Positions 19,460 through 27,759 of a stretch of 42,944 bases of DNA are shown piece by piece; positions within the stretch are counted from its first letter, which is position 1, and the number at the start of each line of letters is the position of its first letter. The notes beneath the pieces were generated by a model, which saw nothing but the letters and a program-made list of their open reading frames with translations, searched no databases and had not been told where the DNA came from. Source of the DNA: Candidatus Micrarchaeia archaeon (GTDB lineage Archaea > Micrarchaeota > Micrarchaeia > Anstonellales > J096); contig JBGQMB010000003.1 of NCBI GenBank assembly GCA_041500405.1, forward strand, positions 1-42,944, in the 5' to 3' direction. Made by a program: the position numbers and the translations under genes.

Positions 19460-21039
19460 TTGAGCTTGTCATTCCGCTTTCAGAAAGGCTTCCGCCGCTT
19501 GACGCCAATGTCTCAAAAACAAGGAAGACCTTCTTTTGCCTTGGGATTGCGGCTGACGCAAAAAGATATCTTACATTCACTGTGCTGTCAGGCATTGTTG
19601 CGGCTGTGGCCGCGTTCATTTTGTCGTGGAGCGTTTCCATTGCGGCCGTTGCAGGGATTGTGATACTGGCATTCTTCCAGTTTCTCCCAGGGCTTGAAAG
19701 AAGCAGGATGGAAAGCGAGATGGAGGCAGAGCTTCCTCTGTTTTTGAGGGACCTTGGCGCCCTGATAAATATGGGCATACCGTTTTTGTCAGCGCTTTCA
19801 ATGCTGTCGCAGAGGCAGGGAACTCTCAATAGGGAAATCGGAAAGGCGGTCAAGGAGATACTGAAGGGCGCCAGCCCGGCATCCGCGCTTGCTGACCTGG
19901 GCTCAAGGGCCGATAGGGCCGGCGTGAAAAGGGCCGTTGCCCAGATAATCGGCGCATATGAGCAGGGAGGGGGCGGCAGCGAGCTCAAGCGAATGGGAAA
20001 CGACCTGATGAACGAACAGAGGCATCGGCTCAGGGAATACGCGGCCAAAAGCTCGATATACGCAATATTCTTCATAATGGTCGCGGTCATAGGGCCGACC
20101 TTTTACATGATATCCAGCATAGTCGGGCCTGTGCTTTATGGAAAGGGCCAGCCTGACTCCGCGATGGGGCCCATTATGCTTGTGCTGTTCCCTGCGATAA
20201 GCTACCTTGTGCTCCTTATGGGGAGGATGGCGATGCCGCGCACCTCTTTTTCGCAAAAGGGCCAGTTTCCGAAAGGCATCCTGATATCCATCCCTGTCGC
20301 GCTTGTCCTGATACTTCCGATAGAGATGTGGCTAAAGGCTGTTGTGCTCGCGGTCGTGCTGGTTGTTGCAATTTCGCTTTTCATAAAGAGATATGTTGAG
20401 GACGCAAAGCTCGGAAAGCTGGAATCCAACCTGCCGAACGCGCTTCTGCTCATATCGTCCCTTCCAAGGGGGTCCACGTTCCAGAAGGTGGTGGAAAAGC
20501 TGGCCAATTCCGACCTTGAGGGCGTGCGCGAGGAATTCAGGAAGACGCTCAACCAGCTAAGGGCCAACATCAGCCCTGAGTCTGCGATAAGGGACATGAT
20601 TGAAAGGAACAGGAGCCCGCTGCTTGCCAAGGTTATGGAAACCATGGACCATGTATATAGGGCTGGGGGAAACGTCAACGAAAGGATAACGGAAATGGCG
20701 GACGACCTTTTGCTGTTCCAAGAGTCCAGGCGCGAGCAGAACTCCATGATGGCGATGCAGAAATACAGCGTCATATTGGGCATTTTGATAATGCCGCTCG
20801 TGCTTGCCATGGCGATGGGGATAGCCGGCAAGATGGGTGGGATAATCGATGTTGAAATAAACATCGGGCAGATGGCTGAGGGCCTGATTCTGGCCTACCT
20901 TGCCATAAACGCCGGCATAATATCCGATTTCTGCGCGTCCCTTGAAAGCGACAGGAGCAGGGAGCTTGTCTACTTTTCCGCGCTTGCCGCGGCAAGCATA
21001 TCAATATTCCTCATCGCCTCGTCGCTGCACATCTTCTGA
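19456..21039 (+). CDS. Pilus platform membrane protein (TadC/T2SS-F, two domains)
   Basis: Two T2SSF-like units (ELPLFLRDL..., NLPNALLLI...) with TM helices; ATGA overlap with the ATPase. Confidence 0.85.
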   Translation: MIELVIPLSERLPPLDANVSKTRKTFFCLGIAADAKRYLTFTVLSGIVAAVAAFILSWSVSIAAVAGIVILAFFQFLPGLERSRMESEMEAELPLFLRDLGALINMGIPFLSALSMLSQRQGTLNREIGKAVKEILKGASPASALADLGSRADRAGVKRAVAQIIGAYEQGGGGSELKRMGNDLMNEQRHRLREYAAKSSIYAIFFIMVAVIGPTFYMISSIVGPVLYGKGQPDSAMGPIMLVLFPAISYLVLLMGRMAMPRTSFSQKGQFPKGILISIPVALVLILPIEMWLKAVVLAVVLVVAISLFIKRYVEDAKLGKLESNLPNALLLISSLPRGSTFQKVVEKLANSDLEGVREEFRKTLNQLRANISPESAIRDMIERNRSPLLAKVMETMDHVYRAGGNVNERITEMADDLLLFQESRREQNSMMAMQKYSVILGILIMPLVLAMAMGIAGKMGGIIDVEINIGQMAEGLILAYLAINAGIISDFCASLESDRSRELVYFSALAAASISIFLIASSLHIF

Positions 21040-21040
21040 G
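21015..21040 (+). repeat. Direct repeat copy 1 (26 bp, 3' end of tadC-like gene)
   Basis: CGCCTCGTCGCTGCACATCTTCTGAG, identical to 22157-22182. Confidence 0.95.
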
Positions 21041-21053
21041 TTTATGCTTAATG

Positions 21054-21458
21054 CTACAATACACCAGCAAGTCTAAGCTCCTTTTCGACAAAATTGAAGA
21101 TGTCCCTTGAAAGGTCAAGTGCCTTTTCTGCATCCTTTTTACTAGGATTTGTGTCGCCATATTCACCCTTGTTCTTGAGCGGGATAAGCTCTTGCAGTTT
21201 TGAGATTATGCGGGATCTTTCGGCGTCGTCGCTCGTTCTTATTTCCTTGATGAGAGATAAAGAATTATAGTGCTCCCCCGAAGACTTCTTCCCATTTTTC
21301 AGGATTGATAAGGCGTCTATTGCGGAAATGGCGCAATGCACAGCGTTGCTGACAGCTACGTCGGTGCTTTCCTCTTTTTGCATGGCTTTGTGGAAACCGG
21401 CTGCGCGAATCCAGTAAGCAATCCATTTTTCCTTGGAAACGATTTTGAATAGGCTCAT
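21054..21458 (-). CDS. HEPN-domain protein
   Basis: Helical 134 aa, AVSNAVHCAISAIDAL, KNKGEYGD..DAEKAL; ATGA-coupled to the MNT gene. Confidence 0.82.
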   Translation of the reverse strand: MSLFKIVSKEKWIAYWIRAAGFHKAMQKEESTDVAVSNAVHCAISAIDALSILKNGKKSSGEHYNSLSLIKEIRTSDDAERSRIISKLQELIPLKNKGEYGDTNPSKKDAEKALDLSRDIFNFVEKELRLAGVL

Positions 21459-22078
21459 CCATACACCTTTATTCCGGATTCTGTGGCTTTTTTCAGCCAG
21501 CTGGGACTGTTTGATTCAACTTCTTTCTTAGAATAGATATTAAACGAAACGAAATTGCCTACTTTAACAGATATATCATTTCCGACGCTTTCTTGAAGCT
21601 CGTGGGCAAGTTCGTCCTTATGATGGCCTGATTCAACTATTATTAAAACATCAATGTCGCTGTCTGCCCTGCTTGTTCCTTTAGCGACAGATCCAAAGAT
21701 ATATGCCGCGATTATCCTAGATGGCATACCCTGTCCTATGCGGCCTATTCCTTTGCCTAATGCCATAGCGATTTCAACCCGTATGAAATCCAAAGGTGTG
21801 ATGTTCAGCACCTTTAACAGGTACTCAATGTGCGGATACGTGAACGATTCCTTGTTGATCCCCCAAACAAGTGCCTTTCCAACTGAGAAGCACTCAACAG
21901 CATTGATATCCAAAAGCTCTTTCATGACCTTGTTGACCGCAGTATGGCTGACATGGATAACGCGAGAGATCTCTCGCTCGCTCGAAGGGGACGAGCTATT
22001 GTACAGGAACTGTAATACTTTCCTCTTTACCTTTGATCCGAAAAGCTTCTGAAATAGTGACTCATTCGAAATCCGCAT
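21455..22078 (-). CDS. HTH-fused minimal nucleotidyltransferase (MNT antitoxin-like)
   Basis: N-terminal wHTH (SEREISRVIHVSHTAVNKVMKEL); FGSVAKG...SDIDVLI. Confidence 0.88.
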   Translation of the reverse strand: MRISNESLFQKLFGSKVKRKVLQFLYNSSSPSSEREISRVIHVSHTAVNKVMKELLDINAVECFSVGKALVWGINKESFTYPHIEYLLKVLNITPLDFIRVEIAMALGKGIGRIGQGMPSRIIAAYIFGSVAKGTSRADSDIDVLIIVESGHHKDELAHELQESVGNDISVKVGNFVSFNIYSKKEVESNSPSWLKKATESGIKVYG

Positions 22079-22086
22079 AAATAGTT

Positions 22087-22125
22087 TACATGTGGCAACT
22101 TTTTAAATGTACATGTGGCAACTTT
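22087..22125 (-). promoter_or_regulatory. Promoter of the HTH-MNT/HEPN operon with two 16-bp direct repeats around the TATA box
   Basis: TACATGTGGCAACTTT at 22087-22102 and 22110-22125; TTTAAAAA on the minus strand at the junction, ~25 bp before ATG 22078. Confidence 0.7.
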
Positions 22126-22156
22126 GCAAACATTTAAAAATAGCGGCGTTCCTTGC

Positions 22157-22182
22157 CGCCTCGTCGCTGCACATCTTCTGAG
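22157..22182 (+). repeat. Direct repeat copy 2 (displaced tadC 3' end)
   Basis: Identical 26-mer to 21015-21040. Confidence 0.95.
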
Positions 22183-22226
22183 CAGCACGCTCACCTTTTT
22201 AATGGTTTCACCCATAAGGCATTTGG

Positions 22227-23507
22227 ATGGCAGCCGAAGGAGCAAATATTGGGGTTCTTGTTCTAATATGCGCGATAATGGCCTGCGCAGGCTGCTGCGG
22301 CATACTGGGATGCTCCGCGCCCTATATTGATGATGGAAATGGCGGATGCTGCCCTGACCAGAACAAGGACGGCGCTTGCGACACCGCAAAGAATTACACT
22401 TGCCAGGACGGAAGCCTGGCCTATGATGCCTCGCAATGCCCGACAACATACAAGTGCAGCGACGGCACCATTGTTGACAACGAATCCGAATGCTCCGCGG
22501 AGCCGCTGAACGAAAGCAGGATATACAGCTGCAACGAGTTCAACCGCAGCTGGCCCTGCGATATATACATGAATGTGTATTGCGACAAGTTCCTGACCAC
22601 AGACCTTGAGGTGAGAAAGGCCGCGGCAGGGGCGATATCCCATCACCCCGGCGGAGTGTCGATAAACCAATTGCTTGACATATACGCCTGGGTCAAGGAA
22701 AACGTTTTCTACCAGAACGTTCCGCCGGATTTCGGAAAGCCGTACTACCCTAACGAGACGCTGATGACAAAATCCGGGGACTGCAAGAACCAGGCCGTGC
22801 TCGTTGTTTCCATGGTCGAGGCGGTCGGCGGAAGCGCAAGCCTGCGCATAGCCCCGAACTGCACCCACGCCTACACATATGTCTATGTGGGCAACGAAAG
22901 CAACAAGGACGTGATGATGAAGGCCATAAGGTCAAGATATCCGGATGCGGAGAACGAGTCGCTGTATTATTTCACGCGCAACATTTCCGGGAAGATGGAA
23001 TATTGGGTCCTTTTCGACACGGCCGGGGCATGGTATCCTGGTACGACAACGGAAGCCTGCCTGAATGCAACCGAGACAGCTCCGTCATTCGCCATATACG
23101 ACTGCAACGCGACAGCGGAAAAGATGGAGGTCTCGACCAGCAGGACCGAGTTCGGGCCAAAGGAAACACTTGATAAGTCCGTATCGGTGACTGCGCAAAA
23201 ATGGAATTCCGCCAATCCTGTCTGGTGGGAATATCCCATATCCGAGGATGAGGCATATTGCAAGTTCAACATGACAGTTTCATCGTCGAGCCCGGTAAAC
23301 TGGTATGTGATGAATCAGGAAAACTACGACAAATTCAAGAACAACAGGGCGGCCAGCTATACGTGCGGCGGCCTGCAGAAAGAAGACGCCAATTGCGCAG
23401 ATTATCGCAACGCCACGGAAAAGATGTATATCGTGCTTGACAACAGGGCGGGAAAATATGACATATACACGCATGTGAACGTCATGACAACCTGCTACAG
23501 CAAATGA
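22227..23507 (+). CDS. Secreted/anchored transglutaminase-like protein with Cys-rich N-terminal repeats
   Basis: Hydrophobic signal ending AGCC; triad GDCKNQA / HAY / WVLFDT; many N-x-S/T sequons. Confidence 0.85.
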   Translation: MAAEGANIGVLVLICAIMACAGCCGILGCSAPYIDDGNGGCCPDQNKDGACDTAKNYTCQDGSLAYDASQCPTTYKCSDGTIVDNESECSAEPLNESRIYSCNEFNRSWPCDIYMNVYCDKFLTTDLEVRKAAAGAISHHPGGVSINQLLDIYAWVKENVFYQNVPPDFGKPYYPNETLMTKSGDCKNQAVLVVSMVEAVGGSASLRIAPNCTHAYTYVYVGNESNKDVMMKAIRSRYPDAENESLYYFTRNISGKMEYWVLFDTAGAWYPGTTTEACLNATETAPSFAIYDCNATAEKMEVSTSRTEFGPKETLDKSVSVTAQKWNSANPVWWEYPISEDEAYCKFNMTVSSSSPVNWYVMNQENYDKFKNNRAASYTCGGLQKEDANCADYRNATEKMYIVLDNRAGKYDIYTHVNVMTTCYSK

Positions 23508-23551
23508 GCGGAAGACCACATTTTAATAACCTACTGTAAGATATACCCTGA

Positions 23552-23968
23552 ATGATAAACGAGCTTCTGTCCTCATTGGTTTTCGTGCTCGGCCTGCTTC
23601 TGATAGGGGCGTCCTTCGGAAGCAAGAGGGGCCTGTTCAAGGGCGCGCTTTATGTCTTAGTGGGAAGCATAATCGCGCTGGCGATAAAGCTGCTGTTCTG
23701 GGAGCAGAGGCCCTGCGACGGCGCGCTCCTTTGCCCGGGTGATTCCGGCATGGTGAGCGGCCATGCGCTTGTCTCGACAGTTTTCGCGCTTGCATATTAC
23801 AACAAGAAGGAGTTCCTATTCTTCCTTGTTCTTGCGGCCGCCATAATCCTGAGCAGGCTGTACTTCGGCATGCACGACCTGACACAGGTGGGAAGGTCCG
23901 TGGGCATTGCGATGCTGATACATTATTCCATAGGTGTTGTGTTTGGGGGAAATTACAAGAAAGGCTAG
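23552..23968 (+). CDS. PAP2-family lipid phosphate phosphatase
   Basis: KLLFWEQRP, SGHA, SRLYFGMH motifs. Confidence 0.88.
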   Translation: MINELLSSLVFVLGLLLIGASFGSKRGLFKGALYVLVGSIIALAIKLLFWEQRPCDGALLCPGDSGMVSGHALVSTVFALAYYNKKEFLFFLVLAAAIILSRLYFGMHDLTQVGRSVGIAMLIHYSIGVVFGGNYKKG

Positions 23969-24500
23969 CCACATAATCTTCGGCCTTATTGTGGCGTTCA
24001 TTGCGTCCAGCTACGGCCATAATGCGTTCTACGCCAGCCAGACAATAGTCATTTTCTCCATACTTGCGTATAATTGGGCGGGGATGCATATCCAGTCAAG
24101 ATTCTTCAAGGGCATTTTCGGCGCAATAAACGGGGTGCTGGAAAGGGACGATGTTGCCATGGCCGGCGAGGCCGCAGTGCTGTTTTCAGCGTCCATAATG
24201 CTGGTTTACTGGGTTTTCGGTGTAGAGTCAGCAATAGCCGCAAGCATAGTGTGGGCCTTGGGCGACGGGATATGTTCCCTCGTCGGGATGGCGCTGCACA
24301 GAAAGGGAAAAAGCCTTGAGGGCATGGCAGCGTTCATAATCGCGTCCTTTATCGGCCTGTCTGTGCTTTACCCGCACAAGGCGGCGGTGATGGCCGCTGT
24401 TGCCGTCGGCTCGGCGGTGATGGAATACCTGAGCGGAAACATCAATGACAACATAACCGTGCCCCTGGCTGCAGGGCTCCTTGCGTCGATGGCTTTCTAG
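23934..24500 (+). CDS. Dolichol/phytol kinase-like (CTP-dependent polyprenol kinase family)
   Basis: RKASH, GDG..SLVG, KSLEG, DNITVP; multi-TM. Confidence 0.85.
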   Translation: MLCLGEITRKASHIIFGLIVAFIASSYGHNAFYASQTIVIFSILAYNWAGMHIQSRFFKGIFGAINGVLERDDVAMAGEAAVLFSASIMLVYWVFGVESAIAASIVWALGDGICSLVGMALHRKGKSLEGMAAFIIASFIGLSVLYPHKAAVMAAVAVGSAVMEYLSGNINDNITVPLAAGLLASMAF

Positions 24501-24605
24501 GGGTTTAAATACGGGGCAATAGGCAAGCTTTTTAAAATTTTCTGGCTTAAGTAGGGTTTGCTTTATTACAATGTTAAAAAGAAGTATCAATGGAGGTAAT
24601 CACAT

Positions 24606-26246
24606 ATGGCAGGAAAAATAAGCAATGAGCCGATGGCTGAAGGGACGCAAAGGATCCTTGGAAGGGACGCCATGAGGCTGAACATAGCGATAGGCTACGC
24701 GATGGCGCAGATAATCAAGACCACGCTAGGGCCGAAAGGAATGGACAAGATGCTTGTGAGCGACCTTGGCGACATCATTATAACCAATGACGGCGCCACG
24801 ATCCTCGAGGAGATGAATGTCGAGCATCCGACCGCAAAGCTCATGGTCGAGATAGCGAAAACGCAGGACAAGGAGGTAGGCGACGGAACCACGACAAGCG
24901 TGGTCATAGCCGGGAACCTTCTGAAGAACGCGGGAACGCTACTTGACAGGAGCATCCACCCCACAACCATCATAAAGGGATATGAGCTTGCCGAGAGCAA
25001 GGCAAACGAGATATTCGAGAAAGTGGCGGAGACTGTGACGGAAAAGGACGAATCCATCCTCAAGAAAATCGCGCTTGTTTCCATGGGCTCCAAGGGCATA
25101 GGGAGCGAGGGGGAGAAAGCGGCAATAGCGGACATAGTCGTTAAGGCAGTCACGCAAATCAGCGAGAAAAGGAACGGGAAGAAGTACATTGACCTGGACC
25201 TGATAAAAATAGAGAAAAAGGCGGGCGGCGAGGTCATCGACACGTCGCTGATAAACGGCATCATAATAGACAAGGAGATAGTGCATTCCGGAATGCCGAA
25301 AAAGATCGAAAACGCGAAAATCGCGCTGATAGACGCGGCACTTGAAATAGAAAAGACGGAGACGGATGCTAAAATTGAGATAACAAGCCCTGACCAGATG
25401 GAGGCATTCCTGAAGCAGGAGGAAGACACGCTCAGGAAGATGGCGGATAAGATAAAAGCGACCGGAGCCAATGCCGTGTTTGTCCAAAAAGGGATTGACG
25501 ACGTTGCACAGCACTACCTTGCAAAAAGCGGCATTGTCGCAGTAAGGCGCGTGAAGAAGAGCGACATGGAAAAGCTGGCAAGGGCGACGGGAGCCACCGT
25601 CGTTTCAACGATAGACGGGCTTTCGCCAAAGGAGCTCGGGCTTGCCGGCGCGATAGAGGAAAAGAAGATTGGCGGCGAGGCCATGGTCTTTGTGGAAAAG
25701 TGCAAGGACCCGAAGAGCGTCAGCATATTCGTCAGGGGAGGGACTGAGCACGTCGTGAGCGAGGTCGAAAGGGCAATAAGGGACTCGCTGGGTTCTCTTT
25801 CGTGCGCGCTTGAGGATGGAAAGTACGTCACCGGCGGCGGAAGCGTTGAGATTGAAATCTCAAGGGGCCTCCGCGAATACGCGGCAGGCGTGGGCGGAAG
25901 GGAACAGCTGGCCATTGAGGCGTTCGCCGACTCGCTTGAGGCAATACCGATATCGCTCGCGGAAAACGGCGGAATGGACTCCATAGACATACTTGTGGAG
26001 CTAAAGGCAAAGCATGCCAACGCCGAGGGAAGGAACTTCGGCATAGACGTCCTCCATGGAAAGATTGAGGACATGAAGAAGCTCGGCGTGTTTGAGCCTG
26101 TAAAAGTCAAGAGGCAGGCGATTTCGTCAGCAACGGAAACCGCAAGGCTGATCCTGAGGATTGACGACATAATATCCGCAAGGGGCAAGTCCGGAGGCGG
26201 AGGCCCCGGAGGAATGCCTCCAGGCGGAATGGGCGACATGGACTAG
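24606..26246 (+). CDS. ths: Thermosome (group II chaperonin) subunit
   Basis: TLGPKGMDKML, TNDGATIL, GDGTTT, GGM tail; GGAGGT RBS. Confidence 0.97.
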   Translation: MAGKISNEPMAEGTQRILGRDAMRLNIAIGYAMAQIIKTTLGPKGMDKMLVSDLGDIIITNDGATILEEMNVEHPTAKLMVEIAKTQDKEVGDGTTTSVVIAGNLLKNAGTLLDRSIHPTTIIKGYELAESKANEIFEKVAETVTEKDESILKKIALVSMGSKGIGSEGEKAAIADIVVKAVTQISEKRNGKKYIDLDLIKIEKKAGGEVIDTSLINGIIIDKEIVHSGMPKKIENAKIALIDAALEIEKTETDAKIEITSPDQMEAFLKQEEDTLRKMADKIKATGANAVFVQKGIDDVAQHYLAKSGIVAVRRVKKSDMEKLARATGATVVSTIDGLSPKELGLAGAIEEKKIGGEAMVFVEKCKDPKSVSIFVRGGTEHVVSEVERAIRDSLGSLSCALEDGKYVTGGGSVEIEISRGLREYAAGVGGREQLAIEAFADSLEAIPISLAENGGMDSIDILVELKAKHANAEGRNFGIDVLHGKIEDMKKLGVFEPVKVKRQAISSATETARLILRIDDIISARGKSGGGGPGGMPPGGMGDMD

Positions 26247-26290
26247 CCCAATTAGGTTAACTGAATTGATTTTTTGTTTTTTAACTTTCC

Positions 26291-26842
26291 TTAAACCTCG
26301 TCCAGACCGATGTTCTCCTTTCCAAGAAGTTCCATCACAACATCGTCCTTGTACTCGCCATAATGGCAATAATACTTTTGTAGCCTGCCTATCTCCTTGA
26401 ACCCGAGGCTCTCGTAAAGCTTCCTTGCAGGCTCGTTTCCTTCAACATACGCTATGAACATCTTGCGCGGGGAAAGCGCCTTCCTGCCCTCCTCTATTGA
26501 CCTTTGCAGGAGCGCCCTTGCTATGCCCCTGCGCCTGAAATCCTTTGTAACAGAAAGGACGAACTCAAGGTTGTGCTCAAACGGCTGCTGCTCCCCTTTC
26601 TTTGCCTCTGCGATGGCGATTATCCTTTCCTTGCCCCATGCTATCAGGGTTATGCTCTTGTGCTCGTCGATGGATTTCGCGGATTTCCTGAGTGATTCTT
26701 CCTCCTCCTGGAGCGTCAGCTCCTTTTGGGACAGAATGAAGGCCTTTTCGGCTATTATCGGGTTCCAGAACTCCAGAAATGCGGGTGCGCCTATCTCGAA
26801 AAGCCTGCTTCCCTTATTGACAACCTCAATGGAGTATTCCAT
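26291..26842 (-). CDS. GNAT-family N-acetyltransferase
   Basis: VTKDFRRRGIA, NEPARKLYESLGF. Confidence 0.9.
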   Translation of the reverse strand: MEYSIEVVNKGSRLFEIGAPAFLEFWNPIIAEKAFILSQKELTLQEEEESLRKSAKSIDEHKSITLIAWGKERIIAIAEAKKGEQQPFEHNLEFVLSVTKDFRRRGIARALLQRSIEEGRKALSPRKMFIAYVEGNEPARKLYESLGFKEIGRLQKYYCHYGEYKDDVVMELLGKENIGLDEV

Positions 26843-26886
26843 GGTATTGTTTTGGAAACGACTCTTTTAATTGTTTTTGTTTGGTA

Positions 26887-27759
26887 CTAAAAAAGTTCCA
26901 TTTCAAGGCCTTCAACATTGCAAAGCTCCGAGATTTTTTTGCGCTGCACGGAGCTGAGCGCTTTTTTCTCCACAGCCACGCATTTGGCCCTTCCTTCCAT
27001 GTTCCTTGAGATTGCCTGCGTGAACATGTTCCTGTCAAGGCAGCCAAACGAATGCGAGGCAAGCATATGGCCTACTGCGAGCTCCGAACCAAGGGCATAT
27101 CTTGTCACAGAAGGCATGTAATGGCCATAGCCTATGCCGAAGAATGCATCATATTTTTTGTTGGACTTCAGCACGTCCATCACAGCATCGGCGACGATGG
27201 AGCAGGCTGCAATGTTGTTCCATTGCGCCTCGGACGAGCCAACCTCAACGAAAGTGTAGGGAATATTCACCGTCGGGCCATGGTGGTCTGCCTCATAGCA
27301 AACCTCAAAGCCCAGGCCCAGGCTTTCGTTCAGCCCCCTTGCCTTCAGCATGAAATCCTTCATGAATGACGCGTTGGCGAAGCTCAACATGTTAGGAACG
27401 CCGCCAAAATCGGCCTTTGTGCACCAGTTGCCTGTTGTGTGCGTTGTGAGGCATGGCTTTCCAGTCTCGGAACGGTGCGGGCTTAAAACAATCGCCATCT
27501 CGGCGTCCTTTGGCGGAACGATGTCCAGCACAGTGTCTGTCAGCATGTCAACGAGCGTGAACCCGTTCCATTCCCATACGGATCCTGGGCTGCCCTTCCT
27601 GTCAAGGTCAATGATCTGGTTCGCTATGCTTTTTCCGACAAGCGTGAACCCGTTCCATTCCCAGAGGGAGCCGGACGTCTCAAAGAATTCGGTCTCAATA
27701 AGATGTCTCGCTATGTTTCTGCTTGCTATCTGTTTCGACGTGAAAAGCAGGTACTTCAT
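26887..27759 (-). CDS. dtdA: D-aminoacyl-tRNA deacylase (archaeal DTD2)
   Basis: SPHRSE, LTTHTTGN, EADHHGPT, FVEVGS, GYGHY; ATG 27759 overlaps the upstream gene stop. Confidence 0.9.
   Translation of the reverse strand: MKYLLFTSKQIASRNIARHLIETEFFETSGSLWEWNGFTLVGKSIANQIIDLDRKGSPGSVWEWNGFTLVDMLTDTVLDIVPPKDAEMAIVLSPHRSETGKPCLTTHTTGNWCTKADFGGVPNMLSFANASFMKDFMLKARGLNESLGLGFEVCYEADHHGPTVNIPYTFVEVGSSEAQWNNIAACSIVADAVMDVLKSNKKYDAFFGIGYGHYMPSVTRYALGSELAVGHMLASHSFGCLDRNMFTQAISRNMEGRAKCVAVEKKALSSVQRKKISELCNVEGLEMELF

Noticed and set aside
24695-26239. Long antisense ORFs opposite the thermosome gene and other genes
   Set aside because: Shadow frames produced by codon bias of the real gene
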